In this document: positions 49,867 through 60,636 of the stretch, in pieces
Numbering within the stretch: position 1 is the stretch's first letter
Layout: each line of letters starts with the position of its first letter
Assembly (NCBI GenBank): GCA_963514005.1
Contig: OY740802.1
Span: forward strand, 7,378,001 to 7,442,000
Direction: 5' to 3'
DNA: 64,000 nt
DNA from: Raja brachyura
Taxonomy: Eukaryota
The notes under the pieces: generated by a model
What the model was told of the DNA's origin: nothing
Database searches by the model: none
What the model saw: only the letters and a program-made list of their open reading frames with translations
Made by a program: the position numbers and the translations under genes

Positions 49867-50190
49867 TGTGGCAGTGCGCGGTGGTTGGGCCACTTGCTAC
49901 ACGGAACCCTCAGCGGTCGGGGGTAGGATGACGTGACTGGGCAGTGGCAGGGAGGAGTTTTAACGGGTCCTAGCGTATATAACGAACCCAGGATCAACCC
50001 TGACTCTCACTCACCCATCGAGCTGACCATCTCTCTTCGGGTGAGTGTCCTGCCACCTCAGCAAGAGCTCAACTCGAGGCCACGAGGCAACAGCAACAAT
50101 GACTTTTGTGTTGGAGGACTAAACGTGCATGTATATGTACCTATAAATGCATGAATAAAGAAATCGTTTGGTGCCTCTACCACGCCAACA
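49867..50190 (+). mobile_element. Probable solo LTR
   Basis: TGTGGC...GCCAACA termini, TATATAA near 49976, AATAAA at 50154, 4-bp flanks tcgc/tcac. Confidence 0.6.
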
Positions 50191-50792
50191 TCACGGATCG
50201 AAACCCTGCAGATGAAAGATCACCAACACATTGCTGAAGAATGAATGAATGAATAAATACTGACAAGTCAGTGGAATTATTTGCTTGCTTACCCAAGGTA
50301 TGCAAATTGTCACCACATAAAGGGCGCCCACAAAGTCCAGGTCCCCCTTTGTTCTCCCACACCCCCCCCCCCCCCCCCCACCCAGGTCGTGTCATCCATG
50401 GTTCTTCACGGAGGTATACTGTATATAACGTGGGCCGCGGAACCGGGGGGGCTAGGGGGGCTGTGGCCCCTCCACATTTTTGGCGAGACATGCTTCACAA
50501 CCCAAAATTATCTGGCCCGCAGGTGTATTTTTCTCTTCTTCTGAGAATCTCCGACATCCAGAATCTCAGAACAAGCGCACAGTGAGCGCGGCAAAACCAC
50601 GACCAGCTGCGGTGGAAACCGACTGCCCCCCCCCCCCCCCCAAAAATCCTCCCTCCCCTCTGATCAATATTCATACAATATACTAATCCTGATACCATAT
50701 ACTGTGCTCCAAGGTAGTGGAGAATTGCAATGTGTAGGAAAGAACTGCAGGTGCTGGTTTACGCCGATGATGCTGGAGTAACTCAGCGGGTC

Positions 50793-51175
50793 AAGTAAGT
50801 AAGTAAGTTTATTGGCCAAGTATTCACATACAAGGAATTTGCCTTGGTGCTCCACCCACAAGTAACAACATGACATACAGTGACAGTTACGAAGGACTCG
50901 GAAAACACTAAACATTAGTAATAATAATAAAACATTAATGATAAAACACCATCGATCAAGCGCGTGAACCAACAAAGATCAAAGGGAGGCTACAGATTTC
51001 TGGCTGTTGAGTAGAGCAACTACTCGTGGATAAAAACTGTTTTTGTGTCTGGCTGTGGCAGCTTTGACAGTCCGGAGTCGCCTTCCAGAGGGAAGTGATT
51101 CAAAGAGTTTGTGGCCAGGGTGAGAGGGGTCAGAGATGATCTTGCCTGGTCCTTGCAGTGTGCAGTTCGTCAATG
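50793..51175 (-). mobile_element. Rex/L2-type LINE 3' end with (TTAC)n tail
   Basis: KIISDPSHPGHKLFESLPSGRRLR; near-identical tail repeated at about 56110-56190 and a + strand piece at about 55630-55785. Confidence 0.75.
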
Positions 51176-51939
51176 AGGGTGAGGCAGCATCTCTGGAGGG
51201 AAGGAATGGGTGACCTTTCGGACCTGAAAATGCAGACCAGAAAACGGAGGGACAAACGCGATATCTAAATATAATGAGCTCCCCAGTGATGTCTGGGCAT
51301 TCAGCTCAGCCGGACGGACGTGTGAAGCTCTAGGCTGGGGGCTCAAGTCTGTAACGTTGGATAATTAAATTATACTCCCCACGTGTCGAGAGGGGGAGGA
51401 CGGGTAAGTCATCCATCAAAATGATTCAACAACACACCGCCTCCTTGGGTGATGACACCAAGGTATATTGGGACAGTTTTCATAATTATCCGATACCTGT
51501 TATGTCGGAATGATATGTAAAAATAAATCATACGCATGTTGGTGAAGGGTAGGACATACTGCATGTAAGCTGCGGGGAAGGAAGGCTTTATAGCAGGAAC
51601 GCACACATGCCACCGTTTGTAAGATCGCTTCTGAGTAGCTCATTATCCTAATGAGGAAGCATATCACAGTCCTGTCACTGCCACTGTCAATGACTAAGCA
51701 CCCCGACTCCCAAGTGGGTGTGATTCCTCCACAAGAAGTGTAATAGTTCAAGACAATGCCTCATCTGTGTCCTCCCTTGGAGATCGTTAAATTCCAACTT
51801 CATCGCCACATCATGTTGAGAAAATGAACACTGGTCCACAGACAGAAATGAAGGACAAACCCGGCGGGTGTAAGTGATATAGAACTTGGTCGACATAGAC
51901 AAGTTGGGCCAAATGGTCTCTTTCCTTTTTGCATGACAG

Positions 51940-52470
51940 AGGCCCTAGTGAGACCACACCTGGAGTATTGTGTGCAGTTTTGGTCCCCTGATTTGAGGAA
52001 GGACATTCTTGCTATTGAGGGAGTGCAGCGTAGGTTCACAAGGTTAATTCCCGGGCTGGCGGGACTGTCATATGCTGAGAGAATGGAACAACTGGGCTAG
52101 TACACTCTGGAGCTTAGAAGGATAAGAGGGGATCTCATTGAAACATATAAGATTGTTAAGGGCTTGGACACGCTAGAGGCAGGAAACATGTTCCCGATGT
52201 TGGGGGAGTCCACAACCAGGGGCCACAGTTTAAGAATAAGGGGTAAGCCATTTAGAACGGAGACGAGGAAACACTTTTTCTCACAGAGAGTGATGAGTCT
52301 GTGGAATTCTCTGCCTCAGAGGGCGGTGGAGGCAGGTTCTCTGGATGCTTTCAAGAGAGAGCTAGATAGGGCTCTTAAAGATAGCGGAGTCAAGGGGAAT
52401 GGGTCACAGTGAATGGCGGTGCTAGCTCAAAGGGCCGAGTGGCCTACTCCTGCACCTACTGTCTATTGCC
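51940..52470 (+). mobile_element. CR1/HER1 LINE 3' fragment
   Basis: ALVRPHLEYCVQFWSP...AGNMFPMLGES. Confidence 0.88.
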
Positions 52471-52509
52471 TTTGGGACGTGGGTTCACCATTCTCTAAGA
52501 AAACCACAT

Positions 52510-52888
52510 AGCCATATAACCATATAACAATTACAGCACGGAAACAGGCCCTCTCGGCCCTTCCAGTCAGTGCCGACTATTTATTTTCCCCTAGTCCCAT
52601 CTACCTGCACTCAGACCATACCCCTCCATTCCCTTCCCGTCCATATACCTATCCACTTTACTTTTAAATGTTAAAATCGATCCTGCCTCCACCACTTCTG
52701 CTGGAAGATCATTACACACAGCCACCACTCTCTGAGTAAAGAAGTTCCCCCTCATGTCATCCCTAAACTTTTGTCCCTTAATTCTCATGTCATGCCCTCT
52801 TGTTTGAATCTTTCCTACCCTCAATGGGAAAAGCTTATCCACGTCAACTCTGTCTATCCCTTTCATCATTTTAAAGACCTCAATCAAG
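52510..52888 (-). mobile_element. CR1 LINE 3' fragment (different subfamily)
   Basis: LIEVFKMMKGIDRVD...NFFTQRVVAV...GRWD* with (ATATGGTT)-like tail. Confidence 0.85.
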
Positions 52889-53584
52889 TTAATTGAGGTT
52901 AATTGAGGTTAATTGCCTTGGTAAAAATCGTAAATTGTCCCCAGTGTGTGTAGGATGTTGTTAGTGTGCAGGGATCGCTGGTCGGCGTGGACTAGGTGGG
53001 CCGAAGGGCCTGTTTCTGCGCTGTGTCTCTAAACTCTCTGCCTCAGAGGGCGGTGGAGGCAGGTTCTCTGGATGCTTTCAAGAGAGAGCTAGATAGGGCT
53101 CTTAAAAATAGCAGAGTCAGGAGATATGGGGAGAAGGCAGGAACGGGGTCCTGATTGGGGATGATCAGCCATGATCAGATTGAATTGATCATGCTGGCTC
53201 GAAGGGACGAATGGCCTACTCCTGCACCTATTGTCTATTGTCTATGACCCTATGTCCACCAAGATCCAAACTATGCATCTTGTGTAAAATAAAAAAATAA
53301 CTGCAGATGCAGGTTTATACCGAAGGTAGACACCATGTTGTGGAGTAACTCAATGGGTCAGGCAGCATCTCTGGAGGAAAAGGATGGGTGACGTTTCAGG
53401 TCGTGACCCTTCAGACTCTTTTTCCATCCCTATCCTTGTTTCACTTTTCCTATCCATACCTATCCAATTATCTTTGAAATGTTGTTGAACTTTTCAACAG
53501 GTGGAGTTTGTGTTGTTTTATTTTGGCGATGATGCCAGAACGACGAGGATGGTGAAGACTTGAAATCTAAGGAGTTGTCATTGT

Positions 53585-54110
53585 GGTACACCCTGTCTCT
53601 GCAGCTAGTGGAATCTCTCAATGCCACAGACTCAAGCTCAATCCTGACCCTGGGTCTTGTCGATGTTGAGTTTGCACGTTCTTCCTGTGATTGTGTGGGT
53701 TTACTCTGGGTCCTCTGGTTTCCTCCCACGTCGCAAAGATGAACATGGTTGATAGGTCAATTGGCCTCTATACATTGTCCCTGGAGCGTAGTTGATTGGT
53801 GGAATCTCGGGAATTTATAAGGTCAGAAACCTGTTATGCTGGGACGACATGGTGGCGCAGTGGTAGAGTTGCTGCCTTACAGGTTCGATCCCAACTACGG
53901 GTGCTCTCTGTACGGAGTTTGTACGTTCTCCCCGTGACCACGTGGGTTTTCTCCGAGATCTTCGGTTTTCTTCCACACTCCAAAGAGGTACAGTTTTGTA
54001 CCTTAACTGGCTTGGTATTAAGTGTAAATTGTCCCTAGTGTGTGTAAGATAACATTAAAGTGGCGGGATCTCCGGTCAGTCCGGCCTCGGTGGGCCGAAG
54101 GGCCTGTTGT
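53585..54110 (+). mobile_element. Two tandem HE1/V-SINE-type SINEs
   Basis: Two V-domains at about 53660 and 53910. Confidence 0.75.
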
Positions 54111-54129
54111 ACCTATGATGTACTTATAA

Positions 54130-54485
54130 ACGGTTTGGACAAGCGAGAGGCAGGAAACATGTTCCCGATGTTGGGGGAGTCCAGAACCAGGGGCCACAGT
54201 TTACGAATAAGGGGTAAGCCATTTAGGACGGAGACGAGGAAACACTTTTTCACACAGAGAGTTGTGAGTCTGTGGAATTCTCTGCCTCAGAGGGCGGTGG
54301 AGGTTGGTTCTCTGGATATTTTCAAGAGAGAGCTAGATAGGGCTCTTAAAGATAGCGGAGTCAGGGGATATGGGGAGAAGGCAGGAACGGGGTACTGATT
54401 GGGGATGATCAGCTATGATCACATTGAATGGCGGTGTAGCCTCGAAGGGCCGAATGGCCTACTCCTGCACCTATTGTCTATTGTC
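54130..54485 (+). mobile_element. CR1/HER1 LINE 3' end
   Basis: GLDKREAGNMFPMLGES...GTGY*. Confidence 0.9.
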
Positions 54486-55230
54486 AATAACCAATTTAAA
54501 CAAAAGCTTTTCACTGACCCTCTGTACACATGACTAATTTAGTTTACTAAACTCAAAGTCAAGAATGAGGGGGAGATGGGAAAAAAAGGGATGAATGTGG
54601 AGTTAGTATTAATGGATGGTTGACGACCACCATGAACCTGATGGGCTGAAGGGCCTGTTTCTCTGTTGTATCTTTCTCTGATTCTGTAACAGCACAGATT
54701 ACAGTAGGTGGAATGGAATTGTAGAAGCACGTGGGAGAGGATGGCTAGAATCAGCCCACGTTAGTTGGAGATGTCAAGAATAACAGGACGATACAAGCAG
54801 CAATAACGAGCAGGTTCACAAATAAATGACAAAAATAACCCTTTTTATGCAGCAGAAGTTTGATGCATGGAGTTAAATTCTAGCTTTGTAGATGAAACTG
54901 TCACCATTCAAGATCATACTTATTAAATACAATATGGAATGAGTTATAATGGGGCAGAGTGTGTCACAAAGAGTGAGAGTCGAAGGTAGACACAAAATGC
55001 TGGAAATTTTCGATTTTGTGCATAAGAAAAAATGTATCAGTTGAAAAATGTATATGTTGAGAAAATGATTGCACAAAAGTCACTGATCGTTTAACCTCAA
55101 GAGGGAGACAAGACACAAGTTATTTGATTTCAGATCATCTTTTAGCATTTCACAATGGAGGTTTGTTCTCAATGCTGTCTCCATGCGGTTTAAATGAGAA
55201 CTGCAAGACATCCTGTGCATGGATTAATGA

Positions 55231-55456
55231 AGTGTTAAAGAAGGAACTGCAGATGCTGGAGAATCGAGGGTTACACAAAAGGCTGGAGAAACTCAGCGGG
55301 TGCAGCAGCATCTAAGGAGCGAAGGAGATAGGCGACGTTTCGGGTCGAGACCCTTCTTCAGACGTCTGAAGAAGGGTCTCGACCCGAAACGTCGCCTATC
55401 TCCATCGCTCCTTAGATGCTGCTGCACCCGCTGAATTTCTCCAGCCTTTTGTGTAC
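55231..55456. mobile_element. Penelope-derived palindromic mini-element with two opposed hammerhead cores
   Basis: 92-bp inverted arms (55272-55455), CTGAAGA-AGGGTCTCGACCC-GAAACGTC on both strands, 13-bp TSD catggattaatga (55218-55230 / 55457-55469). Confidence 0.85.
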
Positions 55457-56001
55457 CATGGATTAATGAGCCTGTCGCATTTATTGGGGACAATTATGTT
55501 CAATAGTCACAGGAGCCGAAGTAGGCCATTCGGCCCATCGGGTCTACTCCTCCATTCAATCATGGCTGATCTATCTTTCCCTATCAACTTCATTCTCCTG
55601 CCTTCTCCCCATAACACTTGACACCGATGCTACAGTAGTTGCTCTACTCAACAGCCAAAAATCTGTAGCCTAGCTTTGATCTGTTTTTTTCTTGATTCAC
55701 ATGCTTGATCAATGGTGTTTTATCATTAATGTTTTATTATTATTAATGTTTAGTATTTTCTGAGTCAATTGTAACTGTCACTGTAAACTTGGTACTAAAT
55801 GAATAGTGAATATAGACTGAACTAAATAAATGCAAGATGCAAATCTGAGTAGAATCGCAGAGGTACTCAGCACAGAAACAGGCCCTTCAGCCCTACTCAT
55901 CCATGCTAGCTGAGATGTCCCATCTACGCTAGTCCCATTTTCCTGCGTTTGGCCCATATCCCTCTTAACCATTCCCAATGAACTTTAAATGAACTGATTT
56001 A

Positions 56002-56111
56002 CGCCTGTTTCGACTAAAGCAATCAACCCGGCGTGCACAATCAAATAAGGTCAAATAGAACAAGTTGTCTTCCAACTTTAGGCTGTGCACGCCACATGCA
56101 AGGAGGAGAAG
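56002..56111 (+). mobile_element. 5'-truncated copy of the HDV-headed short element
   Basis: cgcctgtttcgactaaagcaatcaac...tcaaatagaacaagttgtc...aactttaggctgtgcacgccac aligns with 60533-60636. Confidence 0.8.
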
Positions 56112-56954
56112 TAAGTAAGTTTATTGGCCAAGTATTCACATACAAGGAATTTGCCTTGGTGCTCCGCCCACAAGTAACAACATGACATATGATGAATGCA
56201 GCAAATCCGTGGAATTCTTTGCCACAGACGACTTTGGAGGCCAAGTCAATGGATATTTTTAAGGAGGAGGTTGTCAGATTCTTGATTAGTGCGGGTGTCA
56301 AGGGTTATGGGGAGGTGGCAGGAGAATGGGGTTGTGAGGGAAAGATGCATCAACCATATTGAATGGTGGTATAGACTTGATGGGCCGAATGGCCTAATTC
56401 TGCTCCTATCACTTATGACCGTATGAAAATCACAAATATGTGTAGATCTACCTCATTAGTGACTCTTGGACAATCCTCGATTGGACTTTGCTGGCTTTAC
56501 CTTGCACTAAATGTTATTCCCCACACGAGGGAGACATTTAGTAAGCTGAAGGACAAATGTTTGAATGTTTTCCGAGTTGACTGCTTCACAATATGGAGAG
56601 GAAGGGAGCCTAGTGTTTAGTGTCGCTGCTGTTCAGTTTGGCCAGATGGATGTTGAAGGGGAATTTATTTGTATTTAAAGTTATAAATAACTCCTGGCAC
56701 TCCGATGAAGGGTTTATTTAGGAGGCAGGGATTTCAGTTGCTGGTTTACAAAACGAGTCGCAGAGCGCCGGAGTAACTCAGGCAGCATCTCAGGAGAACA
56801 TGACGGGCGGCGTTTGTTTAGTTCAGTTTAGAGATACAGCGTGGAAACAAGCCATTCGGCCCACCCAATCGGTGCTGTCCAGTGCACTAGCACTATCCTA
56901 CACAATGGGAACTATTTTATGATTTTACCAAAGTGTATTAAATCTTTTAAGAAT

Positions 56955-57413
56955 GTCAAAGTCAAAGTCAAAAGAGTTTATTGTCATGTGTCCCTGACAG
57001 GACAATGAAAATCTTGAACATAGTAGGCATTGACTACAATTATATACGTAAATACACCCATGAATTAATAAATTAATAAAGTGCAAATAACAGATGGAGG
57101 GATATTAATGTTCAGAGTTCCGAGCCAGGTTTAATAGTCTGATGGCTGTGGGGAAGTAGCTATTCCTAAACCGGGTTGTTGCAGTCTTCAGGCTCCTGTA
57201 CCTTCTACCCGAAGGTAGTGTGTGGCCAGGGTGGTGTGGGTCCTTGATGAAACTGCCAGCCTTTTTGAGGCAGCAACTGCGATAGATCCCCTCGATGGAA
57301 GGAAGGTCAGAGCCGATGATGGACTGGGCAGTGTTTACTACTTTTTGTAGTCTTTTCCTCTCCAGGGCACTCAAGTTGCCGAACCAAGCCACGATGCAAC
57401 CGGTCAGCAAGCT
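56955..57413 (-). mobile_element. Rex1/Babar-type LINE 3' fragment
   Basis: ESLLTGCIVAWFGNLSALERKRLQKVV on the minus strand with (TTTGAC)n-like tail. Confidence 0.85.
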
Positions 57414-57780
57414 CTCTTGGTTGGTTAAAGCCTGGGTTTTCATGAGTGGTGTAGAAGACACAGACTGCTGGAGTAGCTCAGCGGGTCAGGCAGCATCTCC
57501 AGAGAAAAGGAATAGGTGACGTTTTGTGTCGAGACCCTTCTTCGGACTGAGAGTCGGGGACGTAAGATATCGGTAAATAGAACGGATGAATGTAAGATAT
57601 GCACTAAGCATTGAAGAGTGTCTTTAACATTATTTGAGTTTGATAAAGAGTTTAAAGTCGCAAATGGGCCAACTGTGATTCTCGATGCTACTCTGAAAAT
57701 CCACTGGACTAGTCCAGTAAGGCTAGTCCATGAAGTGAGAATCTTGCATCTAGGATAATAATGTCACAAATTGCGCCTAA

Positions 57781-59884
57781 TGGGCCTGTCCCACTTCGGA
57801 GACTGCAGGAGACTCTGCGGTCGCCACATGTTTGCCACGTGTTTGCGGGTGGTTGCCGGGGAGTCGCCTTCATGGTCGTGAGGAGTCGCCGCATTCTGGG
57901 AACTAGTCGCGGCCTCATTATGGTCGCCGCAAATTTATCAACATGTTGAAAAATTAGCGGCGACCAGAATGAAGCCGCCATGGAGAGCAGCGAGGTCCTA
58001 GTGTGTTGCCGGGAGGTCGAAGGTTTTCGTAGGTTCTCGTAGGTTGTGGCCGGTGCTGACCGGTGAATTTCATTGGCTCATTGGGGAAAAAAAGACAAGC
58101 AGTAGTTTTCAGAATCAAGGATAACCGACCGGTAATGTTAATGTCCGCTGAGCTTCACAGCCGTGTATCTCTGGCTTCTTAAAAGTTGTCTCCACTCCTT
58201 CTTCCCCCTTCTCTCCCCTTCTTCCTCCCCCCCCTTATAAAGGACTTACCGTACACTGTGCTTTAGCCATCTTAATTACAGCTCCAACCTTCCTGTTCAT
58301 CACGGTGTGTGTCTGTATCACATAGGCTTTGCACCGTGGGAATTTCACTCAGACAGCGCTCCCCCCCCCCCCCCCCCCGCTTGCCCTGTCCCCCACCTGC
58401 ATAACGGGCTGGTGAAGGAAGCGATGTGTGCGTGTGTGTGCGTGTTCCACTCTGACAGTCGCTGTTCCAGTTGCCGGTTTTTCAGGCGACTGCCGGCAAC
58501 TTGTAGCACTAACGCCTGTGGTGATGAAGTGCTTCGGGAGGTTGATCATGGCACAAATCAACTCCTACCTCGAAAAAAAACCTGGACCCACTGTAGTTCG
58601 CTTACCGCCACAACAGATCAACGGTGGACGCGATCTCACTGGCTCTCCACTCCGCTGTGGACCACTTGGACAACAAAAACTCATATGTCAGGCTGTTATT
58701 CATCGATTACAGCTCGGCATTTAATACTATCATCCCCTCCAAGCTGGTTACCAAACTCGCAGAACTGGGTCTCTGCGCATCCCTCTGCGATTGGATCCTC
58801 GACTTCCTCATTCACAGACCACAGTCTGTTCGTATTGGTGGAAATGTGTCAGACTCGATAACAATCAGCAAGGGAGCACCTCAAGGCTGCGTGCTCAGCA
58901 CCCTGATGTACTCACTCTATACTCATGACTGCGTAGCCGGTCATAGCGCGAATTCCATCATCAAGTTCGCTGTAGACACCACTATTGTGGGACGTATCAC
59001 TGATGGGGATGAGTCAGAGTATAGAAGAGAGATCGAGCGACTGTCCATATGGTGCCAGCACAATAACCTGGCCCTCAACACCAGCAAAACCAAGGAACTG
59101 ATTGTGGACTTTGGAAGGCATAGGATGGTTGAAAGGGTCAAGAGCTTCAAATTCCTGGGCGTGCACATCTCTGAAGATGTTTCCTAGTCTGAGAACACTG
59201 ATGCAATTATTAACAAAGCTCATCAGCGCCTCTACTTCCTGAGAAGATTACGGAGAGTCGGTTTGTCAAGGAGGACTCTCTCTAACTTCTACAGGTGCAC
59301 AGTAGAGAGCCTGCTGACCGGTTGCATCGTGGCTTGGTTCGGCAACTTGAGTGCCCTGGAGAGGAAAAGACTACAAAAAGTAGTAAACACTGCCCAGTCC
59401 ATCATCGGCTCTGACCTCCCTTCCATCGAGGGGATCTATCGCAGTCGCTGCCTCAAAAAGGCTGGCAGCATCATCAAGGACCCACACCATCCTGGCCACA
59501 CACTCATCTCCCTGCTACCTTCAGGTAGAAGGTACAGGAGCCTGAAGACTGCAACGACCAGGTTCAGGAATAGCTACTTCCCCACAACCATCAGGCTATT
59601 AAACTTGGCTCGGACAAAACTCTGATAAAACTCTGACAAAACTAATAACCCATTATCTGTTATTTGCACTTTATCAGTTTATTTATTCATGTGTGTATAA
59701 AATTAAATAATGGTATATGGACACACTGATCTGTTCTGTAGTCAATGCCTACTATGTTCTGTTGTGCTGAAGCCAAGCAAGAATTTCATTGTCCTGTCAG
59801 GGACACACGACAATAAACTCTCTTGGACTTGAACTTGACAGTCGCCGACAATTTGCTGAAAAATCACCTAGTGGGACAGGCCTA
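57781..59884. mobile_element. PIF/Harbinger-type MITE containing a nested Rex1/Babar LINE
   Basis: TAA|TGGGCCTGTCCCACT...AGTGGGACAGGCCTA; right TSD not conserved. Confidence 0.7.
58504..59837 (+). mobile_element. Rex1/Babar-type LINE, 5'-truncated, disrupted reverse transcriptase
   Basis: VALTPVVMKCF...[16 protein letters not shown]...GAPQGCVLS...KFAVDT...LSNFYRCTVESLLTGCIVAWFGN; 3' UTR ending caataaactctcttggacttgaacttg. Confidence 0.92.
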
Positions 59885-60502
59885 GTACTGTTGTGCATTA
59901 AATAAGCCAATATATCCCTCAAAGAGAGAGTGCAAAGAGGCAAATGTCTCTGATGAAGTAATAATTGGCTCTATTTTAGAATATTGTATTGTGTTTAGTG
60001 CTTATATGTCTGAAAGGAAATTCATGCAGAAAATTAAATGCAGCCACTTCAAAGACTCAGATTGCTTTATTGAATGTCAGGGAGCAAACTGATCTTTGTT
60101 ATGAAATGTATTGAGCAGGGAGTAGGAACATTTGTGTTTCAAGTATTTTAAGAAAGAGAATAAAATGGAAGTTCATAGTTTTTTTCTATATTATGGTTGA
60201 ACACTCTTGGGTGTGTATATATAGATTGAAACACAGTGCCGCATGTCTGCACAGTTTTGTTTAAAGTCTACGTTAAATAGCAATTGACAAACCTTTCAAA
60301 CTTCGCGGATTTAATGATTTATTCAGCACTTTAGATCAGGTAAAAGGAGAGATGAACACTTAACACAAGGCGGACACAAAATGCTGGATTAACTCAACGG
60401 GACGGGCAGCATCTCTGGTGAGACGTTTTGGGTCGAGACCCGAAGTCTGAAGAAGGGTCTCGACCCGAAACGTCACTCGTTCCTTCTCTCCAGAGATGCT
60501 GC

Positions 60503-60556
60503 GGGGTGGAAGATTGCAACCTTCACGTGGTCCGCCCAGTTTCGACTAATGCAATC
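60503..60556 (+). ncRNA. Minimal HDV-like (CPEB3-type) self-cleaving ribozyme motif
   Basis: P1 GGGGUGG/CCGCCCA, P2 GAUUGCA/UGCAAUC, P3 ACC/GGU, L3 UUCACGU, then GU, vestigial P4 (UUCGA), J4/2 CUAA, all in correct nested-pseudoknot order. Confidence 0.8.
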
Positions 60557-60636
60557 AACTCGACGTGCAGAAACGGAAGATCAAATAGAACAAGTTGTCC
60601 AACAACTTTAGGCTGTGCACGCCACACGAAAGCAGA
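60503..60636 (+). mobile_element. Short non-autonomous retroelement (HDV-ribozyme head, Vingi-like tail)
   Basis: TSD agagatgctgc (60492-60502) / agagacgctgc (60637-60647); degenerate (AAG)n tail; second copy at 56002-56111. Confidence 0.75.
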
